From Gammaproteobacteria bacterium (GTDB taxonomy: Bacteria > Pseudomonadota > Gammaproteobacteria > VBWC01), in contig VBWC01000003.1 of the NCBI GenBank assembly GCA_006218035.1, positions 117,251-181,250 on the forward strand: 64,000 nt of DNA, given 5' to 3'. The notes beneath the pieces are model-generated. The model was given only the letters and a program-made list of their open reading frames with translations. It did no database searches and was not told the DNA's origin. A program made the translations under genes and the position numbers. Of this stretch, positions 19,440 through 28,056 are shown piece after piece. Positions within the stretch are counted from its first letter, which is position 1. Every line of letters starts with the position of its first letter.

Positions 19440-22400
19440 TCACGATTTGCCGGTTTTGGCACTCAGCCCGACGCTGTCAAGAGCAGACCGCAACAGCTCG
19501 ATGTATTGATTCCGTACCGATGTCTTGTGGGCGATCAATCTTGCGGATTCGGCAGCGATGTCCATTGTTCGCAGCCGTTCCACAACGTCAACAGCGGACT
19601 CAACCGACGGATCGATGGTTTTCGATAGAAAACCATTGGCGCTCGTGAAGTATTGCGGCGCCGATATTACAAATGCGGGGATGCCCAGCGAGGCGCACAG
19701 GCCGGCGTCCTGCGCGCGCGTTGTAATCGTCATATCGAACGCATCGTAGATGCGCAGATAGTCAATGGCGTCGCTTGAGTAGTGAAAGTCCATGATATCC
19801 CCGAGCAGCGGCGTCAGCTCGGCGAGCTCACTGATATGGTGGCAGACCAGCGCACACTCGTAGTGCCGGGCGAGTTCCCGGTATAGATTCACGGTGTAGT
19901 GAAAGATCGACGGGTCCAGGCATTCGCTGGTTCTGCGTGATATCCCGGGCGTCGATAACGCGATGCGTTTTGTTTGCGTGCGCCATGTTGCGGTCTTCGC
20001 GCACAGCAACGTTGGGCAAGGCAACTGATGGGGATTCAGCGGGCGAAGCGTATTCCCACACGCTGTGTCGCGAACCGTGACCAGCAGCGAGCGGATAAGT
20101 AACAGTTGATCCAGGACCGCGACTTGCTCGAATTGGAAATCTTCCGTGTCCGACGCTGAGCCCAGGCCCAGATACATGGTCGGTATGGTCGTTTTGATAA
20201 GTCTATCGACCAACGGGCCGGCCATATCGCCTCGCCATGCCGTGATGCCGGTGAAAATTGCCAGATCAGCCGTTTCCAGATTGATGCCTGGATGCCATGA
20301 GTTGTCGCGCGTCGCTGACGGGTCGCGATAGTCGGCAGAGTCACGGCCATACGATCTATCCGGCGCGTCAGACGCTAACTGCGCTATGTCGGGGTGTCGT
20401 CGGTGAACAATCGGGTTGAAGTCCCCGATCAGTTCCGTGAGAAGATTCTGGATGCCATACCGCGCGAACTCCCCGTCCGTGTTGGTTGAGATCAGGATAT
20501 TCGGCCGAACCGTCGGCCGGGAACGATTGAAACGCCGTCCTATCATCAAATTCGGTACGTCGTGCGATCGGTCATAGTAGCGCGCAGGCACCTGGCGGGT
20601 GGCGGCGACGGCACGAAGTTCCGTGGCCAGCGCGGCGAAGGTGCCGGGCCAGTCCTGCGGCTCGGGCTGGCGAAACAGACGCATACTCGGATACCACGGG
20701 CTGTCGCTACGATCGAGCAACCAGCGCCAGTCCGCCACATAGGACAACAGCACCCATACTGGTTTTCCCATCGCTCCGCCAAGATGAGCGACGGATGTAT
20801 CGACGGATATGACCAGGTCCAGGTTTTCAACCAGCGCGGCACTGTCAGCAAACGTTAGTTGTTCGTTGGCCGCGTCGATCAGATGCATCCCCGCTGGCGG
20901 GTTGGCTGTCTGCTCCGCCCCCGTCCCTTTTTGCAGGCTGTGGAAAGTGACGCCAGGTATATCGCAGAGGCGTGCGAAATCTGCGAGCGAGCACGAGCGG
21001 TTCTTGTTATTGGCGTGACGGGGGTTTCCCGCCCACGCGAGTCCAACATTGAGGTGTCCCGGAACCATTTTTTCCTTCCACAAGCCGATACGTGCCGGGT
21101 CGGCGTGCAGATAGGGAACATCATTCGGGATGGTTCTAAACGTCGTACCGAACAGCGCCGGCAGGCTCAGCAGATAGGTGTGATAGTCGAAATCGACATC
21201 GGGTGCGGAACGCGTGTCCTGCACAATGAGCTGGTCGACGCCCTGCAAACCGGTGAAGAGATCGATCAATCCCGGCGGGCACTCGAATATCACATCGGCA
21301 CCCATTGCCTTGAGCATCGGCAGATACCGGACGAAATGCATTGAGTCGCCGATCCCTTGTTCCGCGTGCACCAGAATCCGCTTTCCGGCCAGCGGCTCGC
21401 CTTTCCAGCGCGGCTTTTTCATGGTCCGATGGTCGGGCCGTCGCTCCAGTATCTGGATACGCGATTCGTATGCCTTCCATGCGTCGGCAAAGCGGCCGAG
21501 CGTCAACATCACGATACCCTTGTTCAGATGGGCGTCCGCAAGGTCGGGCTGGATCATTATTGCCTCATCGAACCGGCCGTAGGCCGCGCTATAGTCACCC
21601 ATGTCCTTAAACGCTGTTCCCATGTTCATATGGGCAGCCGCGTAATCGCGCTTGAGCGACAACGCTGAGCGGTAATGCTGTATGGCGCCGGCAAAATCAC
21701 CGTTCGATTTGAGCGCGTTACCGAGGTTGCAATGCGCTTCGGCCATGCCGGGCTGTAGCTTCAGGGCGCTTTCAAAGTAGGCGATGGCGTCAGCGGTCTT
21801 GCCTTGTTGGCAGAGCGCATTGCCATAGCTGTTTAGCGTATGCGCATGTGCGGGATTGATCGCCAGTGCTTTTTCAAATAGCGGTAATGCGTCATCGATG
21901 CGATTTTGTTGCAGCTCCGCGAGCCCCAGGCTGTTCAGGGTGTCGACGTTGTCGGGCTCTATCGTCAGCAGCCGCCGATAACAGGCCGCCGCGGCTGCCG
22001 GCTCGCCCTTGCCATGCTGAAGTTCCGCGAGTATACGCAGCGCGTTGGCGTTGTTTCCGTCGCACTCCAGCGTCCGCCTGAACGCGTGGACTGCGTCGTC
22101 GGCGCGGTTCAGTTTCAACAGCGCGACGCCGAGGTTGAAATGGGCGAGAGAGAATGCCGGAGCGAGCTCCGTCGCTTTCGTAAAATGCTCGATCGCCAGC
22201 TCCGGATTGTTCCGCTTGAGCGCTACGTGCCCGAGGTTGTTGATCGCCTCGGGAAACGCCGGTCGCAGATGCGCTGCGCGGATATAACATTGCTCGGCAT
22301 CGTCGATGCGTTCCAGTTCAAGGTAGATACTGCCAAGATCATTCAGGATGCCCGGTTGTGCGGGGTCGATTGACAATGCCTGCTCACAGTGACGCACCGC

Positions 22401-22808
22401 CTCATCACGCTGCCCCTGGTTCTGCAATAGCCCGGCAAGCGCAATATGCGCCGCCAGATACAACGGGTCTATCGATAGCGCACTGCGGTGACAGGTAATG
22501 GCCTTGGCGGTATCGCCCGCGGCGGCGCAGGCCGAGGCCAGGTTCTGATAGTAGGACGGGGCGCGGGGATTGTGGCTGATTGCCTGTTCGATCAGGCTCG
22601 TCGCCGCCGCCGGATTGCCCTGTTGCAGCTCGGTCACACCCAGCAGATTCAAGGCGTCCGCATGACCGGGACTGGTGGCGAGAATCTTGCGATACAACCG
22701 CGCCGCACGCGCTATGTCGCCGGACTCATGCGCGCGCACGGCATTATCGAGTAATGCTGCGGATCGGGTTCCGACGTCGGCGATTTTCTCGCTGGTGTTA
22801 ATGCTCAT
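19440..22808 (-). CDS. TPR-repeat / GT9 (heptosyltransferase-like) glycosyltransferase with additional C-terminal domain (1122 aa)
   Basis: The N-terminal ~450 aa hold about 12 TPR units (repeated A..Y....L...P..A.A..NLG). The GT9 signatures are KRILVHAEQGIGDSMHFVRYLP and LVISVDTSVAHLGGAMGKPVWVLL. The C-terminal ~380 aa are of unclear family and may be pyruvyl-transferase-like (ITTRAQDAGLCASLGIPAFVIS). Confidence 0.75.
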   Translation of the reverse strand: MSINTSEKIADVGTRSAALLDNAVRAHESGDIARAARLYRKILATSPGHADALNLLGVTELQQGNPAAATSLIEQAISHNPRAPSYYQNLASACAAAGDTAKAITCHRSALSIDPLYLAAHIALAGLLQNQGQRDEAVRHCEQALSIDPAQPGILNDLGSIYLELERIDDAEQCYIRAAHLRPAFPEAINNLGHVALKRNNPELAIEHFTKATELAPAFSLAHFNLGVALLKLNRADDAVHAFRRTLECDGNNANALRILAELQHGKGEPAAAAACYRRLLTIEPDNVDTLNSLGLAELQQNRIDDALPLFEKALAINPAHAHTLNSYGNALCQQGKTADAIAYFESALKLQPGMAEAHCNLGNALKSNGDFAGAIQHYRSALSLKRDYAAAHMNMGTAFKDMGDYSAAYGRFDEAIMIQPDLADAHLNKGIVMLTLGRFADAWKAYESRIQILERRPDHRTMKKPRWKGEPLAGKRILVHAEQGIGDSMHFVRYLPMLKAMGADVIFECPPGLIDLFTGLQGVDQLIVQDTRSAPDVDFDYHTYLLSLPALFGTTFRTIPNDVPYLHADPARIGLWKEKMVPGHLNVGLAWAGNPRHANNKNRSCSLADFARLCDIPGVTFHSLQKGTGAEQTANPPAGMHLIDAANEQLTFADSAALVENLDLVISVDTSVAHLGGAMGKPVWVLLSYVADWRWLLDRSDSPWYPSMRLFRQPEPQDWPGTFAALATELRAVAATRQVPARYYDRSHDVPNLMIGRRFNRSRPTVRPNILISTNTDGEFARYGIQNLLTELIGDFNPIVHRRHPDIAQLASDAPDRSYGRDSADYRDPSATRDNSWHPGINLETADLAIFTGITAWRGDMAGPLVDRLIKTTIPTMYLGLGSASDTEDFQFEQVAVLDQLLLIRSLLVTVRDTACGNTLRPLNPHQLPCPTLLCAKTATWRTQTKRIALSTPGISRRTSECLDPSIFHYTVNLYRELARHYECALVCHHISELAELTPLLGDIMDFHYSSDAIDYLRIYDAFDMTITTRAQDAGLCASLGIPAFVISAPQYFTSANGFLSKTIDPSVESAVDVVERLRTMDIAAESARLIAHKTSVRNQYIELLRSALDSVGLSAKTGKS

Positions 22809-23056
22809 TCGCAGGGCAATCTCTCTTCATTAACTGTCGATCGCGTATCGGTGTAACGATGCTGGCCCTAAAAATGCATAATTTGTACCAGAGCCATCAT
22901 GTTAACGAGTGGACCCGGCATGCCGCTGCGATACCCGCAAAGCGGTCGATTCTTGCCGTATCAAACGATATGCTGGCCGATCACGCAGCAAGTTCCGCGA
23001 TACCCGACAGGCAATGACGACAAATAATTGACCGGAAGAGGCGGGCTGTCGAAGGC

Positions 23057-24880
23057 ATGGCACATACACAAAGGCATGATAGTTCGGTGACGACAGTCCC
23101 AGACAACACTCAGGCGGCAACGATTGATCGATGGATCGACGCGGCCTTGCAACACCACCAGGCCGGCCGTTTGCCCGATGCCGAGGCGCTGTATCGCCAG
23201 GCACTTGTGGAGCAACCCGATCATCCGGATGCACTGCATCTGCTCGGGTTCGTGGCGTATCAGTGCGGCCGGCACCAGCAGGCGCTTGAACTGATTTCGA
23301 CCGCCTTACGCCGCTCCCCGGATGCGCCCGATTTTCACAACCATCTCGGTCTGGTCCTGGCGGCGCTGGGCAGACCGGCAGACGCGATAGCGAGCTATGG
23401 CAACGCCCTGCGACTCGCGCCGGAATTTCCGGAAGCGCATAACAACCTCGGCATCCGGTTGCGCGAAGACGGTCGCCTGACGGAGGCGGAAGCGCACTAC
23501 CGCGCCGCGGTGGCGGCCCGGCCAGTGTTTTCGGATGCGTGGAATAACCTCGGCAACGTGTGTCGTGAACGCGGTGAATTCGATGCGGCCCTGGCGGCGT
23601 ATCGCGAAGCGCTGCGGCAACGGCCCGATTTCGCCGAGGCGCACAGCAATATCTTGTTTACATTGAGCCACTACTTGCTGGCTGATCCGGATCAGCTGCT
23701 GCAGGAACATCAGGGCTGGGACCGCGTGCATGGCGTTGCCGGGCGCGCACACGCCCACGCGCATCCGCGTCGCGGGGATCCGGAAAAACGCCTGCGTATC
23801 GGCTATGTATCGCCGGATTTTCGTTTGCACGCCGCGAACAGTTTCTTTGAGTCGCTGATCGCCGCGCACACCCGCGACGCGGTAGAGATCTTCTGTTACG
23901 CCGAAGTATCCCGGCCGGATGCGGTGACAGAGCGCATCCGCGTGAACGCCGATGTTTGGCGGAGTACCGTGGGGCTGTCGGATGACGCGCTCGGGCGGCA
24001 GATTCGCGACGACGGTATCGATATTCTGGTCGATCTGGCCGGGCATACGACCGGCAACCGGTTGCGCGTGTTTACCGGGAAACCGGCGCCGATACAAGTA
24101 TCTTATCTCGGCTACTGCGCGACGACCGGCCTGACCGCGATGGACTACTGGATTACCGACGGGGTGATTCACCCGCCCGATACGATCGAAAGGACAGTCG
24201 AAGCGATCATCCGGTTGCCGCGCTGCTGGGTGACCTACCGGCCGCCTGTGGACGCGCCGCCGGTTCGTTTACCGGCACGCAGTGGTATTACGTTCGGCTG
24301 TTTTAACGAACGTTCCAAGATCACGCCAGCCACGATCGCGCTGTGGAGCAGTATCCTGCTCGAACTGCCTGATGCCCGCCTGGTGCTCAAGGCGCGCCAG
24401 TACGCCGATGACAGTGTCCGGCAGGCGATCATCGATACCTTTACGCAGCACGGGGTGGCCGCAAACCGGTTGGTGTTTCTGCCAGCTACCGGTTACCTCG
24501 ATTACCTCGCCGCCTATCAAGACGTCGATATCGCGCTGGATCCGGTACCTCGCGCGGGCGGCGTGACCACAGCGGACGCGTTGTGGATGGGCGTGCCGGT
24601 GATCACCTTGTGCGGGCAGCGTTTCATCGAGCGCCACGGCGCGAGCCTGTTACGTGCCGCCGGCATGGACGAGTGGATCGCCGTGACGCCGCGGGATTAC
24701 GTTGACAAGGCGCTGGCGCTCGCGCGTGACCACGTGCACCGGCGTACTATGCGGCTGGCCCAGCGTGACCGTATGGCGGCGTCGCCATTGTGTGACGCAT
24801 TGGCCCATGCGCGCGCCATGGAACAAATCTACCGGGACATGTGGCGCGCATACGTGCGCAACACACCCCTGACTTCATGA
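23057..24880 (+). CDS. TPR-repeat protein with C-terminal GT41 (O-GlcNAc-transferase/SPINDLY-like) glycosyltransferase domain (607 aa)
   Basis: About 5 TPR units span aa 25-200. The C-terminal domain carries RIGYVSPDFRLHA...APIQVSYLGYCATTG...GGVTTADALWMGVPVITLCGQRFIERHGASLL, typical of the bacterial OGT-like family (COG3914). Confidence 0.8.
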   Translation: MAHTQRHDSSVTTVPDNTQAATIDRWIDAALQHHQAGRLPDAEALYRQALVEQPDHPDALHLLGFVAYQCGRHQQALELISTALRRSPDAPDFHNHLGLVLAALGRPADAIASYGNALRLAPEFPEAHNNLGIRLREDGRLTEAEAHYRAAVAARPVFSDAWNNLGNVCRERGEFDAALAAYREALRQRPDFAEAHSNILFTLSHYLLADPDQLLQEHQGWDRVHGVAGRAHAHAHPRRGDPEKRLRIGYVSPDFRLHAANSFFESLIAAHTRDAVEIFCYAEVSRPDAVTERIRVNADVWRSTVGLSDDALGRQIRDDGIDILVDLAGHTTGNRLRVFTGKPAPIQVSYLGYCATTGLTAMDYWITDGVIHPPDTIERTVEAIIRLPRCWVTYRPPVDAPPVRLPARSGITFGCFNERSKITPATIALWSSILLELPDARLVLKARQYADDSVRQAIIDTFTQHGVAANRLVFLPATGYLDYLAAYQDVDIALDPVPRAGGVTTADALWMGVPVITLCGQRFIERHGASLLRAAGMDEWIAVTPRDYVDKALALARDHVHRRTMRLAQRDRMAASPLCDALAHARAMEQIYRDMWRAYVRNTPLTS

Positions 24881-27189
24881 GCGTCAACCAACATATCGCG
24901 GGATCGCGGCTCGACAAACTGCTGGCCGACGCGGTGGCGCTGCATCAGGCCGGGAATCTCGCCGCGGCAGATACCCTGTATCGCGAGGCGCTGGCGATTG
25001 ATCGGCAACTCCCCGGCGCACTTTACGGTGCCGGTGTGGTCGCTCATCAGCTGGGCCACAACGATACGGCGATCGAATTGCTCGATGCGGCGCTACGCCA
25101 TCGTCCCGATGAACCGGCCTGGCTCAACATGCGCGGTCTGGTGTATGCGGCAATCGGCCGGATTGAGATGGCGCTCGAGGACTTTCAGCATGCCATCAGG
25201 CTTGAGCCGGACTTCGCCGAGGCGTACAACAGCATCGGTGTGACGCTGCGCAAGCAGGGTCGGGTCGATGAGGCGATCGAGTATTACCGGCAGGCGATTG
25301 AATGTCGTCCGGACCTCGTTATGGCGCATAACAATCTTGGCAACGCTCTCAAGAGCAAAGGGGCGCTCGACGCAGCGTTAGACCATTATCGCCATGCCTT
25401 GACGCTGCAGCCGGATTTCGTCGAGGCGATCAACAATCTCGGTACGGTCTACACGATGCAGGGGTCACTCGACGAGGCGCATGACGCATTCGAAAGAGCA
25501 CTGCAACTGCGGCCGGAATACCCGGACGCGCTGAATAATCTTGGCGTGGTTTATCAGAAGCGGGGAGACATTTCAGCCGCGCGGCAGTGCTTCGAGCGCG
25601 CGCTCCGGATCAGTCCGGGATTCGCCGCCGCGCACGCGAATCTGGCGTCCGCGCAGAATGCGCAGGAGGAGTTTTACAACGCGATCGAGTCTTGCCGCCA
25701 GGCACTGGCGATTGCGCCGGAGTTTCCCGAGGCCTATTTCAACCTGGGCATTGCGTTCAAGGATCTCGGTTTGCCGCTGAAGGCGCTGAAATACTTCGAA
25801 ACCGCCGTCAGACTGCGGCCGAACTACGCTGGCGCCTACAACGGCATCGCCAACGTCTGCCGCGACCAGGGGCAATTCGAGCTGGCCGGAACGTTCTATC
25901 GTGAAGCGTTGAGCGCTGATCCAACGAACCATGAAGTACATAACAATCTGCTGTTTACCATGAGCCATCACGTGATGACCACTCCGGAGGCGTTACTGGA
26001 GGCGCATCGGGACTGGGCGGCTAGCCATTGCCATGAAGGACGGGTGCATCGGTATACGCACTCTCCCGCGACGGCCCATGACGGGCGACGCTTGCGTATC
26101 GGTTACGTGTCACCGGATTTCCGCCGGCATGCCGCCGCCATCTTTCTGGAGCCGTTGCTCGCGGCTCACGACCGGCGGGTCGTCGAGATTTATTGTTACG
26201 CCGAACTTGTCCGTACCGATCAGGTGACCACGCGCTTCCGTCAGAGCGCGGACGCCTGGCGCGATACCGCCGGGATGAGCGACACGCAGCTGGCCCGACA
26301 GATCGTCGATGACCGGATCGATATCCTTGTCGATCTGGCCGGGCATACCGCCGGCAATCGGTTGACGATGTTTGCCTTCAAGCCGGCACCGGTGCAGGCG
26401 ACCTATCTCGGCTACTGTGCGACCACCGGTCTGGAAGAAATCGATTACTGGATCAGCGACGACGTGATACATCCGGCGGATACCTGCGAACTGGCGGTTG
26501 AGCAGATCCTGCGGTTGCCGCGCTGCTGGGTGAGTTACCAGCCGCCGGTCGATGCGCCGGAGGTGCAGATATCGCAACACGATCACATTACATTCGGATG
26601 TTTCAATGACCGCAGCAAGATCACGCCGGAGGTGGTCGCTGCGTGGAGCGGGATTCTCGATCGCGTACCTGGTTCGCGGTTGGTGCTGAAAGCGCGCCAG
26701 TACGCCGATGCGGACATCAATGCCGAGCTGATCGGTATGTTCCGGCAACATGGTATTGACGCGACGCGGCTCGAGTTCCAGCCGCTGTCGCTGCCCGGCG
26801 AATATCTGGCCAGTTATCACGCGATCGATATCGCGCTCGATCCGTTCCCGCGGCACGGCGGCGTTACTACGGCGGATGCCTTGTGGATGGGTGTGCCCGT
26901 GGTGACGCTGATTGGCGAGCGGTTCATCGAACGGCATGGTGCCAGCCTGCTGGCGGCAATCGGCGCACAGGACTGGATTGCCCAAGACCTCGAATGCTAT
27001 ATCGAGATCGCCGTGGCGTTGGCAGCGGATCCCGGTCGGCGTCACGCGTTGCGCCTGACGCAGCGGCAACGCGTGCGCGAGTCACCGTTGTGCGATCCGC
27101 AGGGATTGGCCAGGGCGATGGAGGGGCTCTATCGGCGGATGTGGCGCCGATATGTCCAATCGGCTTACGGTTCAACTCCCGCTTGCTAG
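24877..27189 (+). CDS. paralogous TPR-repeat / GT41 (OGT-like) glycosyltransferase (770 aa)
   Basis: The TPR array is longer (about 10 units), and the C-terminal domain is near-identical in motifs to the upstream gene (RIGYVSPDFRRHA...APVQATYLGYCATTG...GGVTTADALWMGVPVVTLIGERFIERHGASLL). Its ATG forms an ATGA overlap with the upstream stop. Confidence 0.8.
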   Translation: MSVNQHIAGSRLDKLLADAVALHQAGNLAAADTLYREALAIDRQLPGALYGAGVVAHQLGHNDTAIELLDAALRHRPDEPAWLNMRGLVYAAIGRIEMALEDFQHAIRLEPDFAEAYNSIGVTLRKQGRVDEAIEYYRQAIECRPDLVMAHNNLGNALKSKGALDAALDHYRHALTLQPDFVEAINNLGTVYTMQGSLDEAHDAFERALQLRPEYPDALNNLGVVYQKRGDISAARQCFERALRISPGFAAAHANLASAQNAQEEFYNAIESCRQALAIAPEFPEAYFNLGIAFKDLGLPLKALKYFETAVRLRPNYAGAYNGIANVCRDQGQFELAGTFYREALSADPTNHEVHNNLLFTMSHHVMTTPEALLEAHRDWAASHCHEGRVHRYTHSPATAHDGRRLRIGYVSPDFRRHAAAIFLEPLLAAHDRRVVEIYCYAELVRTDQVTTRFRQSADAWRDTAGMSDTQLARQIVDDRIDILVDLAGHTAGNRLTMFAFKPAPVQATYLGYCATTGLEEIDYWISDDVIHPADTCELAVEQILRLPRCWVSYQPPVDAPEVQISQHDHITFGCFNDRSKITPEVVAAWSGILDRVPGSRLVLKARQYADADINAELIGMFRQHGIDATRLEFQPLSLPGEYLASYHAIDIALDPFPRHGGVTTADALWMGVPVVTLIGERFIERHGASLLAAIGAQDWIAQDLECYIEIAVALAADPGRRHALRLTQRQRVRESPLCDPQGLARAMEGLYRRMWRRYVQSAYGSTPAC

Positions 27190-27829
27190 CTGTCGAGCGC
27201 ATGGATTATTGTGCACGGGTATGACGGAACCACATAACGACAGGTTGGGCAGCGGTCTGGTCTATACCGACTCGATACCATTCTCGTGGCGGCAACTCGA
27301 TACCGTTACCGGCGATGCTGCCGCGGCTCACATCGGTCACCACAGCCTGCAGGTGCTGCGGCTGATTCTGTCGATAGAGGAACAGGGGCCGGAGCCGGTC
27401 GCGGATGCCGATCCGGAGCACGAGAACATCGCCCGGCTGGAATTCAAGCTGAATCTGCTGATCGATCTGGTCGGCTACCTGCTCGCGCAGAATTCCCTGA
27501 TCCCGCCCCGTGTGCTTGTAAGCCTGAGTGCGGACGGACTGGAATGGGGCAGTGACGATGCGCCGCAGCTGGGCAGCTATGTTGAACTGGCGTTATACCT
27601 GAGCCCGAAATATCCGCGGCCAGTGACCTTGCCAGGCTTCATCGAAGCCGTGGATGTAACGCCGGAGGGCGGCTACCGCACACGTGCGATCTTTCCAGAG
27701 CTGAGCGTCCCGCTGCAGGACGCGCTGGAGAAATTCATCTTTCGTCATCACCGCCGGATCATTGCGAGCCGGCGTGGCGAAACCTCGACAGCGGATGAGC
27801 ATACTGGAGTAATGCAACACGATTCCTAA
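27152..27829 (+). CDS. hypothetical protein (225 aa) immediately upstream of fleQ
   Basis: The ORF overlaps the preceding gene by 38 nt, and an alternative in-frame ATG lies at 27221. No confident family assignment was possible from the sequence. It has an acidic middle region and a basic C-terminus. Confidence 0.5.
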   Translation: MSNRLTVQLPLASCRAHGLLCTGMTEPHNDRLGSGLVYTDSIPFSWRQLDTVTGDAAAAHIGHHSLQVLRLILSIEEQGPEPVADADPEHENIARLEFKLNLLIDLVGYLLAQNSLIPPRVLVSLSADGLEWGSDDAPQLGSYVELALYLSPKYPRPVTLPGFIEAVDVTPEGGYRTRAIFPELSVPLQDALEKFIFRHHRRIIASRRGETSTADEHTGVMQHDS

Positions 27830-27887
27830 CTAAGTTTCTGAAATCCCGATTTAATGACCCGGGAGCCATGGGCAAGATGACGAAATT

Positions 27888-27916
27888 TTGACATTTATAG
27901 GGGGCAGTGGTTTACT
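27888..27916 (+). promoter_or_regulatory. sigma-70-like promoter upstream of fleQ
   Basis: TTGACA is followed by a 17-nt spacer and TTTACT. It lies about 140 nt upstream of the fleQ ATG. Confidence 0.5.
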
Positions 27917-28056
27917 CTGTCCCAACGGGCGCTTCCAGGGGTTGATTGCCCGGAGTCTTCATAAATAGAAGGGGCCGGCCCGGGCCCGAAAGAACTGCAC
28001 CCTACAATGACGCGGCGCGGCAACTGCTCAGAAAACGGGAACGGGAGGTAGCTCGC

